Of a stretch of 64,000 nt of DNA, positions 9,582 through 18,683 are shown piece by piece. The stretch covers positions 2,844 to 66,843 of the forward strand of contig JAKAUU010000016.1 in the NCBI GenBank assembly GCA_021817505.1, read 5' to 3'. Made by a program: the position numbers and the translations under genes. The notes beneath the pieces are model-generated. The model searched no databases and was not told the DNA's origin. It worked only from the letters and a program-made list of their open reading frames with translations. Source of the DNA: Candidatus Micrarchaeota archaeon (GTDB taxonomy: Archaea; Micrarchaeota; Micrarchaeia; Micrarchaeales; CABMGC01). Within the stretch, counting starts at the first letter, position 1; each line of letters opens with the position of its first letter.

Positions 9582-10715
9582 TTATTCCTCGTTTATTATG
9601 CTGTAGATCTTCTCGGCGAAAAAGCCCCTGTTGCGCTCCTTCTTCTCCTGTACGAGTATGCCATCGTGAACGAGTCGCTCTACCGCATGCTTTGCAGTCG
9701 GGTAAGTCGCGTCTATCGCATCTCGCGCATCTGCTATGGTTATGTACGGGTTCTTGAAGAGCTCATCCAGTATTATTCTTGAGGATTCTGCAGACTTCGA
9801 GGTCCCTAATCTCTTCATGCATGCATTCCTGTAATCGGAAAGCTTTGCTGCAGTCCTGACCGCTTTCCTCGCCTGATAATGCATCGCTTTCAGGAAGAAC
9901 TTTACCCATGAGAGGTAGTCTCCGGTCTTGCTCACATGCAGTATCGTGTCATAGTACGCTCCTCTGTCTCTCTCGAAGTACTCGCTTATGCAGAGGCTTG
10001 GAAGATTGAGCAGCTTGCTCCTCTGCAGATATACAGATATAAGCAGTCGGCCGGTGCGTCCGTTTGCATGCTCAAACGGCCTTATCGCCTCGAATTGGTA
10101 GTGGAAGAGAGCGAGCTGCACTATCGGATGCATGGCTTCATTCTCCTGCATATAGTATAGGGCATTCTCGAGCAGAGGCATGACTCTCTCCGGAGGTGGT
10201 GGAACGTAGCGCGCTATCGCTGCGGGTGTTTCCGGAGAGCCGAGCCAATTCTGCCTCGTTCTTATAACAGAGTCCTTTTCGTTGTTGCTATCCGCCATCG
10301 CCTTGTGTGCTTGAAGTATAACGTGTGAAGTGATCTCGCCCCTGCTTATCGCAGGCATGCATGCCCTCAGGGCTTCTATGTGGCCGAATGCCTCTCTTGC
10401 AGCCTTGGGATCTGATATCGACCTCTTTCCCCTCTCATACCTGAAGAGATTGTCGAGGGTCTCACCGTTGCCATGCAGCCTTGCACTGTAAAGGGCCTCC
10501 TTTCTCGACTGAAGCTCCGCAAACTCTGGAAACTCGTTTGTGATGGCCTCAAGACGGCCCAGTTCGAAGCCTGTCTTTGCCAGAAGGGTTATTGCCTCGT
10601 CGTCAAATCTTATCTGCACTGGAAGGAGACGCGGTACGAATGAATAGTAATTGGTATGCTGGTTCTGCACGAATATTAGTTCGCCGGCCATGCCATTGAA
10701 CTCTGTCGGATTCAT
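9582..10715 (-). CDS. Fic/DOC-family protein (COG3177-like: N-terminal domain, Fic core, C-terminal wHTH) with a degenerate active-site motif
   Basis: The family pattern HYQFEAI-x-PF-xx-NGRTGRLL is present, but the motif reads RPFEHANGRTGR instead of HPFx(D/E)GNGRxxR. The N-terminal inhibitory-helix position reads SARLHG instead of (S/T)xxxE(G/N). Confidence 0.8.
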   Translation of the reverse strand: MNPTEFNGMAGELIFVQNQHTNYYSFVPRLLPVQIRFDDEAITLLAKTGFELGRLEAITNEFPEFAELQSRKEALYSARLHGNGETLDNLFRYERGKRSISDPKAAREAFGHIEALRACMPAISRGEITSHVILQAHKAMADSNNEKDSVIRTRQNWLGSPETPAAIARYVPPPPERVMPLLENALYYMQENEAMHPIVQLALFHYQFEAIRPFEHANGRTGRLLISVYLQRSKLLNLPSLCISEYFERDRGAYYDTILHVSKTGDYLSWVKFFLKAMHYQARKAVRTAAKLSDYRNACMKRLGTSKSAESSRIILDELFKNPYITIADARDAIDATYPTAKHAVERLVHDGILVQEKKERNRGFFAEKIYSIINEE

Positions 10716-10740
10716 TTCATCATCACGTAATGATATTATA

Positions 10741-11340
10741 TTAAAGAAAACTATTTAAATATTAATTAATATCGCATTTATCCAGATAATTTAGATTAGT
10801 ATGAATTTTTTAGGTGATTATGAACAATATACATATACTATAAACTATTTTACCCTCATACTTAGCATTTTAGTAATATTAATTAAATTAATCTAAATTA
10901 TAATTAATATAATCTTAATTACTGTTTATTTTTTCAATATATATTATTTTTTATTAAAATATAATTAATTATAGATATTATATCGGCGCATTAGTGTTTA
11001 GAATATCCTGATTATTTGTTTAATTAGCAATGTTATTCATAGTTAAAAAATTTATTTTATAATTAATATGGCAATTATATATGCTAATATCAATGTATTT
11101 AGTTTTTTATATTAAATATTTAATATATTAATTTAATATAGTATCGATATGTGTTATTAATGCAGTTTAAGATTATAGGACGCACTATTAGTCGGATAGT
11201 AAACAGGTATAAATAGATCATATTATAATTTATTATTAAAATATTAATATATATGTATATTATAATTAATCTGAAATTAATAATAATTTATGTTAAATAA
11301 TATACTTATTAAATTTAATATAATTGTGTGATGTACTTAC
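10741..11340. other. Extremely AT-rich non-coding island
   Basis: A hand count gives 95 G+C in 600 nt (about 16%), and several 60-nt lines hold only 5-10% G+C, whereas the flanking coding DNA is far more G+C-rich. No ORF of 60 aa or more. The decamer TATAATTAAT recurs at about 10901, 11061 and 11261 (ATAATTAATT at about 10961), and a 14-bp palindrome ATATTAATTAATAT lies near 10760. Two G+C-containing islets lie at 10981-11010 and 11161-11215. Confidence 0.7.
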
Positions 11341-11401
11341 TGATGTTGATAAGACGCACTGCATCTGCAGCACGTGTAATATACTTGATGGCTACTTATA
11401 C

Positions 11402-14400
11402 TTACTTGTTCTTGTTTCTAAAGTAAACAAAAAGTGCAACGAACACTATGATAACAGTTATTGCGATAACTGCCTGGAATGCATAGCCAGACTGCGGCTG
11501 AGAGGCAGCAGAGGCTGTTGATGCGGTGTCCACAGGAGCGATTGTGGTCGTCGTAGTAGAATTAAACTTGCTTGCTGGTGCAGACTCGAATACAGCTATG
11601 ACTGGATCTGATGGGGCGGCAAATGTTATGGTGCATGCTGCGATATCTAATATGAATGGGGTTATCTCCTGCCATGTACCGTTCCTCAGAATGAATGGGA
11701 TCATATCAGATGCTGGGATGCTGCAGTTATAGTGCATTGTTAGGTTTGCTGAGATATTCCTGTTGCTGAATGTGTAGTTTACCGCTTTTATCGCAGACAT
11801 ATTTGAAAGAGAAGGTATATCGGCAGGTGCAGCTGCGGCAGTCATGCTGAAGCAGGATGCGGTTACCGGTTTTATGGCGAAGGTCACGTTTAGCGATGGA
11901 TAATTTATTAAATATCCGGAGGTGTCATTGCATATCTGTTCCACTGCTCCTGACGAAGTTACGGAATGGGGCGTTGTTGGGATGGTGGTTATTGTAGTGG
12001 AGGTTGAGGTGATTGAACTGGTAGCAGTTATTGTTCCTGGAAGATGCCCGAAGAAGCCTGTTGATCCCCCAGCATATGGATTTGATACCTGAGTGCCAGT
12101 ATGTATTGTGACGGTGTCTCCTGCGGAACATGCGATTGCATTTGGAGTCGAACTGTCTATCACTTCATAGGAATAAGTTGCCTGTGCTGTAGGGGATGCA
12201 ACCAGTGAATTTGTATTCTGTCCTGCCATCTGGTCTGCAGTTGTGCATGTTGGAGCAGATGCTCCTGCAACTGAGTACCAGTTGTAAGTATATGGTGATG
12301 TTCCTCCAACTGCATTCGCGGTTAATGTTACACTCTGTCCTGGATTTATTATCGGGCCGGCAGGGACGATGGCCCCTGCTGTAATTGCGTTGTTTACAGT
12401 TATTACGTCATTCGATGAGAGTTGTGTCTCAGGGGTTGATGCACTGTCAGTTACACCTATGCAGTATGAGTTTGTTGAGGTTGGACTGACTGTTATGCTG
12501 TTTGATGTTGCCGTTACTGATGAATATGTCGCAAGTACATTTCCACTGTCCTGTGAGCAGGTATTTCCTGTTAATCCAGTATACCACTTTACCGTATAAT
12601 CAGGGGTTCCTCCTGACCATGAAGCAGTAAATGATACTGACTGGCCGCTGTCTATAGTCGGGTTTGAAGGGCTGATTGCCGGGCTGGATAGCACAGGATT
12701 GACTGTTATCTCAGAGGTTACGTCATGGATCTGGATATTGGTGTTGATGATTACTGCGTTGTTGCCGTTCAGGTTTGTCACATAGGCATAGGTTCCGGAA
12801 GGAGCAATGGCCATCCCTTCCGGTGCGTTGAATCCATATGTTATTATGCCTGCTATCGTATTTGTTGCAGCGTTGACGATTGCAACGTTCCTGTTGTCAT
12901 TGATATAAGCATATTCTCCCGTAGGGGAGAAGGCCATTCCAGGATAGGTAATTATATTGGTTATTGCACCTATCACGGTGTTTGTGGCAGTGTTTATTAC
13001 CACAATGTTATTGGTGTTGAAGTTTTCAACATATGCATATGCTCCTGAAGGAGAGAAGGCCACCGATTGAGGGGAGGAAAACCCTGAAGTGATTGCATTT
13101 GTCACAGTATTGGTGGCCGTGTTGATTATCACTACATTGTTTGAGCCTGAATTAGTTATATATGCATATGTTCCTGATGGAGAGAAGGCCACGCCTTGTG
13201 GTCCTTTGATGCTTGCCGATATCGAATTAACTACTGAATTCGTGGCAGTGTCGATGATCGCAACATTGCCACCGTACTGGTTTGTAACATAGGCATAGGT
13301 TCCTGATGGAGAGAAGGCTATGTAACTTTGGCCGTTGAATCCTGAATTTATTACGCCGGTTACTGTATTAGTAGACGTACTGACAATCACAATATTGGTC
13401 GGGATTGTTCCGCTGCAGGCCTCGTTGCAGTTGGCTATATAAGCATAGGTTCCTGATGGAGAGAAGGCAACACCTGAAGGATAACTGAATGGAGAGGTTA
13501 TGGCACTTACGATTGAATATGCACTAATGGCATTGTCAGTCACGAACGCACAGTAGTAGGTGTTCGCCGCAGGGGTAACCGGGGAGAATGTTACTGAAGT
13601 GGCAGAAAGTCCTATGTCCTGTTGGATAAGTGTGGACTGCTGGGTGCATGCAGAGGTTGCTGAAGAGTATAGTGATGCGCTGTAGGTAGGGGTTCCTCCT
13701 GACCATGAAGCAGTAAATGATACTGACTGGCCGCTGTCTATAGTCGGGTTTGAAGGGCTGATTGCCGGGCTGGATAGCACAGGATTGACTGTTATCTCTG
13801 ATGTGACACTCTTTGTTGTCGGCACGCCGGTGTTGATTATAACTAGGACATCTGAGTATATGTTTGTCATGTATGCATAGGCGCCGGTAGGAGATATTGC
13901 AACGCCGCCGCGGTTGTCGAATGGAGAGTGTATTGTGCCGACTATCGAATTTGTGGCAGTGTTGATTATTGAGATGTTGCCCCAGAAGCTTGTTGCATAT
14001 GCATACCCTCCTGAAGGGGCAAAGTAAACGCCGTCGGGGTTGGTAAGTCCTGATCCTGTTACCACACCAACCACAGTGTTTGTGGCAGTGTCGATGATTA
14101 CCGCGTTGTAGGCATTGAAGTTCGTAACATAGGCATAGGTTCCGGAGGTGGAGAAGGCCACGCCAGTAGATGCACTGAATCCGGCAGTTATCGAACCGGT
14201 TACGGAGTTGGTAGCAGTATTGATTATCACTATATTGCCATTGCCTGTTGTACCGCATGACGGACCGCAATTCGCCACGTATGCATAGGTTCCTGATGGA
14301 GAGAAGGATATCCCATATGGGGATGAAAATCCGGAAGATATCGTTCCTGTCACCGTATTCGAAGCAGTGCTGATTATAGATATTGTGTTGCTGCCCATAT

Positions 14401-15292
14401 TTGTTACATAAGCATAGGTTCCTGATGGAGAGAAGGCTATTCCGGCAGGACCATCAAATCCAGAATTTATTGAATTTACAACGGAATTGGTGGCCGTGTT
14501 GATTATCAGCACGTTGTCTGCACCAGATCCTCCGCAGCTTGTCTGGCCGTTTATCTCGTTATTTCCGCTGTTGCAGTTTGCAACATAGGCATAGGAGCCG
14601 TCTGGTGAGAATGCAACCCCGTACAACAGGTTGCCGAGGGAAAAGCTTCTAGATATCGAATATGCATTTGTCGAATTGTCAGTCACGAACGCACAGTAGT
14701 AGGTGTTCGCCGCAGGGGTAACCGGGGAGAATGTAGCAGAACTTGAGGCGAGTCCAGTAACCTGTTCTACCATGGTGGATTGCTGGTTGCAGGTGCTTGT
14801 TGGGGATGAGTACAGCGATACGCTGTAGGTAGGGCTTCCTCCTGTCCATAAAGCAGTGAAGGTCACTGACTGGCCGCTGTCTATTGATGAACTGGATGGG
14901 AAGAGCTTCGGTGTTCCGAGGTCCGGGTTTACGGTTATCACGTCATTCGATGAGAGCTGCGTTGTAGGAGTCGCATCCGTTACACCTATGCAGTATGAGT
15001 TTGTGGTTGTGGGATTGACAACTATGGAATTCGAAGCTGAAGTTATCCCATTGTATACAGCTATCTGGTTCGCTGAATCTTCTGCACAGGTGTTCCCTGA
15101 CGGGCCCGTGTACCACACTGCATTGTAAGGGCTAGTACCTCCGGACCATGTTGAGTATAGTATGGTTGATTGGCCCGTATCTATGGGCGGATTAGTCGGA
15201 GAGATAGAAGGCGTGCCCAGTGTTGCGGCTACGATGCTTGAAGTTGCTAAAAGAATTATCAAGGTTAAGATAACGGGCAATACGCTACGCAT
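11402..15292 (-). CDS. Giant cell-surface protein: signal peptide, five Ig-like modules, two YVTN-type beta-propellers, S/T-rich linker, C-terminal TM anchor
   Basis: 1296 aa. N-terminal signal peptide MRSVLPVILTLIILLATSSIVAA. Many GVAFSPSGTYAYVTN / INTATNSV blade repeats in two blocks. Recurring modules of the form ISPSNPTIDSGQSVSFTASWSGGTP...NTYYCAFVTDN. C-terminal hydrophobic helix AVIAITVIIVFVALFVYF followed by RNKNK. Confidence 0.85.
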   Translation of the reverse strand: MRSVLPVILTLIILLATSSIVAATLGTPSISPTNPPIDTGQSTILYSTWSGGTSPYNAVWYTGPSGNTCAEDSANQIAVYNGITSASNSIVVNPTTTNSYCIGVTDATPTTQLSSNDVITVNPDLGTPKLFPSSSSIDSGQSVTFTALWTGGSPTYSVSLYSSPTSTCNQQSTMVEQVTGLASSSATFSPVTPAANTYYCAFVTDNSTNAYSISRSFSLGNLLYGVAFSPDGSYAYVANCNSGNNEINGQTSCGGSGADNVLIINTATNSVVNSINSGFDGPAGIAFSPSGTYAYVTNMGSNTISIISTASNTVTGTISSGFSSPYGISFSPSGTYAYVANCGPSCGTTGNGNIVIINTATNSVTGSITAGFSASTGVAFSTSGTYAYVTNFNAYNAVIIDTATNTVVGVVTGSGLTNPDGVYFAPSGGYAYATSFWGNISIINTATNSIVGTIHSPFDNRGGVAISPTGAYAYMTNIYSDVLVIINTGVPTTKSVTSEITVNPVLSSPAISPSNPTIDSGQSVSFTASWSGGTPTYSASLYSSATSACTQQSTLIQQDIGLSATSVTFSPVTPAANTYYCAFVTDNAISAYSIVSAITSPFSYPSGVAFSPSGTYAYIANCNEACSGTIPTNIVIVSTSTNTVTGVINSGFNGQSYIAFSPSGTYAYVTNQYGGNVAIIDTATNSVVNSISASIKGPQGVAFSPSGTYAYITNSGSNNVVIINTATNTVTNAITSGFSSPQSVAFSPSGAYAYVENFNTNNIVVINTATNTVIGAITNIITYPGMAFSPTGEYAYINDNRNVAIVNAATNTIAGIITYGFNAPEGMAIAPSGTYAYVTNLNGNNAVIINTNIQIHDVTSEITVNPVLSSPAISPSNPTIDSGQSVSFTASWSGGTPDYTVKWYTGLTGNTCSQDSGNVLATYSSVTATSNSITVSPTSTNSYCIGVTDSASTPETQLSSNDVITVNNAITAGAIVPAGPIINPGQSVTLTANAVGGTSPYTYNWYSVAGASAPTCTTADQMAGQNTNSLVASPTAQATYSYEVIDSSTPNAIACSAGDTVTIHTGTQVSNPYAGGSTGFFGHLPGTITATSSITSTSTTITTIPTTPHSVTSSGAVEQICNDTSGYLINYPSLNVTFAIKPVTASCFSMTAAAAPADIPSLSNMSAIKAVNYTFSNRNISANLTMHYNCSIPASDMIPFILRNGTWQEITPFILDIAACTITFAAPSDPVIAVFESAPASKFNSTTTTTIAPVDTASTASAASQPQSGYAFQAVIAITVIIVFVALFVYFRNKNK
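12602..12712 (-). repeat. 111-bp intragenic direct repeat, identical to 13688-13798
   Basis: Base-by-base comparison shows both copies read aggggttcctcctgaccatgaagcagtaaatgatactgactggccgctgtctatagtcgggtttgaagggctgattgccgggctggatagcacaggattgactgttatctc. They encode the duplicated VNPVLSSPAISPSNPTIDSGQSVSFTASWSGGTP segment. Confidence 0.9.
13532..13591 (-). repeat. 60-bp intragenic direct repeat, identical to 14675-14734
   Basis: Both copies read attgtcagtcacgaacgcacagtagtaggtgttcgccgcaggggtaaccggggagaatgt, encoding FSPVTPAANTYYCAFVTDN. Confidence 0.9.
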
Positions 15293-15383
15293 CTGACAAC
15301 CAACCTACATAACAAAATTTTGATGTAAAAGGTTATATAATATGCGTTTGGCAGAGACAGGTCTGGGAGGACCTTCCATATGC

Positions 15384-17846
15384 TCAGTCAGTGCCCGTGT
15401 TTGCGCTTATGGTAAGATTCAGTTCTGTCGTCTGGTTTGCAGATACACTCACGTTCTTTGGCAGATCGCGCAGGCAGCTAAGGTAATAGCAGTTCATTAG
15501 AGTAATTGAGTATAGACCTGCTGCCACGTTTTGCGAGTACGTCCCGTTCGCAGAGACAGGTATCATGTAATCGTTTGTGCCGTCTGTCTGATTAAGTGCA
15601 AGCTTAAACTGGGAATATGTCGCAGCCTGGTCTATGCTGCCTATGCAGGACTTGGTTATGCTTCCGACAGTGCAGATACCCGTTACCTCGATCCTGCCCT
15701 GTATTGTCCCCATGCCGGTAAGATTTGTCTCTGGCACGGTAATCGTGGCGTTGGAGACATTCAGCTGCATTGAATTCGCCTGTGTTGAATTAGACGGCAT
15801 TGATATTGATACGTTTGCCGTGTTATCATACTGAGATACATTATATGACACGCGTATTGCAAGAGGCCCATAGTACTGATAGTCGGGCACTTTTATCCTA
15901 AGCACTGCTGCCATGCTCTCCCTGCCTGCCGTGCATACTAAGCAGTGTATCTCACCGGTGCATACGGGGCACTTTCCAGGGATATATTCAGACACATTGG
16001 TTATGCTTAACAGGGTGAACCCCTTTGTCAGTATGCTTATGTTACTCAGTAAATACCTTGTTCCTAGATATCCATATCCGCTCATCAGTGGAAGCGCATA
16101 GTTTTCTGTCCCGTTTGTTTCGGCAGTAAACCCTTGCAGCGTCTCGTTATATGTGCTGTTTCCTGCGGAGACCTGCTCATTGACATAACTGACTCCCACT
16201 AGTTTTGACGTATAGTTGCTTATGTTTCCCTTGTCCATAGCAGTGTAATTCGCATACGCTATCCCGGAGTGATTCTCTCCTACGCCGGTAACCCTTATGG
16301 AATAAGACTGGTTTGGTATCAATAGTATCTTTGTTATTCCTCCAAATGCAGGTATTGCGGATGCTTGTGGATGCATTTCGGGAAGTGAGCCTATTGAAAG
16401 AGTTCCATTGAAATGGAGAGTTGTTCCGCTGCCGCTCTTGATAGTCGTGCCTATGGATCTTGTGCAGCCTATGAACTCGCCTATTCCTTCTGATTCAGGA
16501 CAGTTAACAATCCCAGAGGCCAGTACAGGAAGCTCAAGGGTTCCGTTCTGCATTACTATGAAGTTAAGGTAGTTGCTGAACCTCCTTACGAAATCTGCGG
16601 TTGCCTGTGCTTCAAGACTGGACTGGTTAAATGATACAGAATCCTTATGTATAGAGGCAATGGCATTCTCGCTTATGCAGAACCTTCCAAAGCATCCTGG
16701 GCTCTCGGCAGTTGCATTTACGGATTGTGGATATGCCCGGTAACCTTGGTATCCTAACATTATCTCCTGCATGTATCCGTCAAGCTGCAGGCTCGTAAGA
16801 TCCACTGTCGAATTTCCCGTATTCCTTACGCCTAAAGAAATGCTTGTTGAATTGCCATTTGAGAGAAGAGTTGCATTCGTTATCTCTATGCTGCTGTTTG
16901 ACCTGAATATCTCCCTTATCTTTGGATTAAGCTTTCCCCTTTGGCCAACATGGGATGTGTTCTTTACCTCTGATGCGCCTACGAAGACTGCCTTTACGTT
17001 AGGCACCATCACGAAAATGCTTGCGTTGCTCTGCGAGTATATGCTTACTATTGTCGGGTTCATGTTTAGCAGAAGCCCGCTTATGGACGAGTTTGTGCTG
17101 GAATTTATTGACGTTTCTATGTATCCCTGCGGAACCGTGACATTATGGATTATGCCATATATGGTTATGTTTGCCGATGAGATGTTTAGACGCAATTCAT
17201 GTATTTTGCTGTAGTTCTTTATGTTAAGAACGGCTATGGTTTGCGTCTCGTTCGTTAGATTCAGCAGATTTGCCGTTCCTGTTGCGCTGAAGTACTCGAA
17301 TGCGGATGAATTGGCATACATTATGCCTATCGAGGAGTACCTTATGGATAGGGAGTTCGTACCTGGAGGTACCAGAGGAGGATCCGTAAGCTGTATTACA
17401 AAGTCGCCTTGCACAGAATTAGCAGAAGCGGACGGTTGTGAAGAGAGATAAGGTGAGGTTATTGGATATGCAGTAGTGCTGCCTTGGGGCGGATTCTGCA
17501 TGTTCGATATGAGAAGAAGCGCCACAACAGCTATTGCCGCTATTGTGATTATGCCAGCTGCAAAGGCCCTTACTTTGGCTATGTTATAGCCATTGTCCTC
17601 GAGCTTCTTTTCGAAAGATTTATTGTATTCGTAGTACTTCCACTTCCTGCTGTATGGATTGGCAACCTCCTTTATCGCACCTATCCTGAGGAGCTCCTTG
17701 AGGTGCTGGTTTGTTGTTGATTGGCCCAGATCCAGCCTTTCAGATATCTGGGTCATGGTCATTGGCTTCTCTTTGAGCAGGTCTATTATCTTCTTCTTGC
17801 TTTCGAAAAGTTTGCTCATGCAATAACACAATCCTAATCTAGACAC
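15384..17846 (-). CDS. Membrane-tethered winged-helix (ArsR-like) protein with a roughly 700-aa sequon-rich extracytoplasmic domain
   Basis: N-terminal wHTH pattern (KKKIIDLLKEKPMTMTQISERLDLGQSTTNQHLKELLRIGAIKE), then a single TM helix (AFAAGIITIAAIAVVALLLI), then a long domain with dozens of N-x-S/T sequons. The likely true start is M10 at 17819 (MSKLFES). Confidence 0.7.
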   Translation of the reverse strand: MSRLGLCYCMSKLFESKKKIIDLLKEKPMTMTQISERLDLGQSTTNQHLKELLRIGAIKEVANPYSRKWKYYEYNKSFEKKLEDNGYNIAKVRAFAAGIITIAAIAVVALLLISNMQNPPQGSTTAYPITSPYLSSQPSASANSVQGDFVIQLTDPPLVPPGTNSLSIRYSSIGIMYANSSAFEYFSATGTANLLNLTNETQTIAVLNIKNYSKIHELRLNISSANITIYGIIHNVTVPQGYIETSINSSTNSSISGLLLNMNPTIVSIYSQSNASIFVMVPNVKAVFVGASEVKNTSHVGQRGKLNPKIREIFRSNSSIEITNATLLSNGNSTSISLGVRNTGNSTVDLTSLQLDGYMQEIMLGYQGYRAYPQSVNATAESPGCFGRFCISENAIASIHKDSVSFNQSSLEAQATADFVRRFSNYLNFIVMQNGTLELPVLASGIVNCPESEGIGEFIGCTRSIGTTIKSGSGTTLHFNGTLSIGSLPEMHPQASAIPAFGGITKILLIPNQSYSIRVTGVGENHSGIAYANYTAMDKGNISNYTSKLVGVSYVNEQVSAGNSTYNETLQGFTAETNGTENYALPLMSGYGYLGTRYLLSNISILTKGFTLLSITNVSEYIPGKCPVCTGEIHCLVCTAGRESMAAVLRIKVPDYQYYGPLAIRVSYNVSQYDNTANVSISMPSNSTQANSMQLNVSNATITVPETNLTGMGTIQGRIEVTGICTVGSITKSCIGSIDQAATYSQFKLALNQTDGTNDYMIPVSANGTYSQNVAAGLYSITLMNCYYLSCLRDLPKNVSVSANQTTELNLTISANTGTD

Positions 17847-17933
17847 TAAGGATTAATAAGTATGTTTGCTTGCATCGGTTTTGTTTCGGTTTTCCTTCTG
17901 TAAATACCAGTATTAGAAAGTGATTTTTTCTGT

Positions 17934-18683
17934 CTAGTCGGAGTGCTTCTCTACAACCTCCCTGTATGAATCAGGAGTGCCTATATCATACCAGAAGTCA
18001 TCGTAGACCACAGCGTGGACCGTATTCTTGTTCTTCACCAGCCATTGCATGAAGTATCCTGGAGAATCCGGGTTGTTCTTGTTTGCAATATATTCGTCGA
18101 ATTTTGTGAGGTGCTCTTTTGGAATCGCATATATGCAGGTGCTTATCAGCGTTGATTTGGGGTTCTGAGGCTTCTCCTCGAATTCCGTTATTATACTGCC
18201 TTCAAGGCTGACCACCCCGAAGCGCTTCGCCTCGTTCAGATCCTTTATGTTGTGGAGCGCAGTTGCAATATTTCCCGTGTCATTTGATTTTGAGATAAGC
18301 TTCGAGAGGTCGAAGTTGTGGAAATTGTCTCCCGCTATGATCATCAGGTCGTTTTTGAGTCCTAGCTTCTTTATGGTGTATTCTATGCCTTTTATCGCAC
18401 CAAACTTCTCACCTTCGTGAGTAGTTGGCTCCACTACAAGCTCTATATGCACGTTCTTCACTGCCTTCCTGTGCTCTATCCAGTACCTGAACTGCTTCTC
18501 GAACTTCTTGTTCGTTGAGACGATTATCCTGTCGAAACTGTTAGTCATAAGGCCGTCTAGGATATGGTCTATCATCAGCTTTCCGCCTATAGGAAGAAGC
18601 GGTTTCGGTATGTACGTGGTTATAGGCTCCAGCCTTTTGGCATAACCTCCGCAGAGTATCAAAGCATCCATAGTAAACACCAA
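17934..18683 (-). CDS. Sugar-phosphate nucleotidyltransferase (NTP_transferase family)
   Basis: N-terminal signature LILCGGYAKRLEPITTYIPKPLLPIGGK (GxGxRL...K); 249 aa, single domain. Confidence 0.8.
   Translation of the reverse strand: MVFTMDALILCGGYAKRLEPITTYIPKPLLPIGGKLMIDHILDGLMTNSFDRIIVSTNKKFEKQFRYWIEHRKAVKNVHIELVVEPTTHEGEKFGAIKGIEYTIKKLGLKNDLMIIAGDNFHNFDLSKLISKSNDTGNIATALHNIKDLNEAKRFGVVSLEGSIITEFEEKPQNPKSTLISTCIYAIPKEHLTKFDEYIANKNNPDSPGYFMQWLVKNKNTVHAVVYDDFWYDIGTPDSYREVVEKHSD

Noticed and set aside
11324-11521. 65-aa plus-strand ORF at the edge of the AT-rich island
   Set aside because: It overlaps the 3' end of the giant minus-strand gene, has an odd Cys/Asn/Leu composition, and starts with a non-ATG codon, so it is probably spurious.
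13536-14270. 244-aa minus-strand ORF in an alternative frame inside the giant surface-protein gene
   Set aside because: It is on the same strand but out of frame with the 1296-aa ORF. Its Cys/Arg/Gln-rich translation is a by-product of the repetitive YVTN coding sequence.
13000-14500. Regularly spaced recurrences of a roughly 24-nt unit (cataggttcctgatggagagaaggc) that could be mistaken for a CRISPR-like array
   Set aside because: The units lie inside a continuous ORF and encode the SPSGTYAY blade motif. The spacing follows the propeller blade length (about 125-150 nt) with homologous rather than unique intervening sequence, and no cas genes are nearby.
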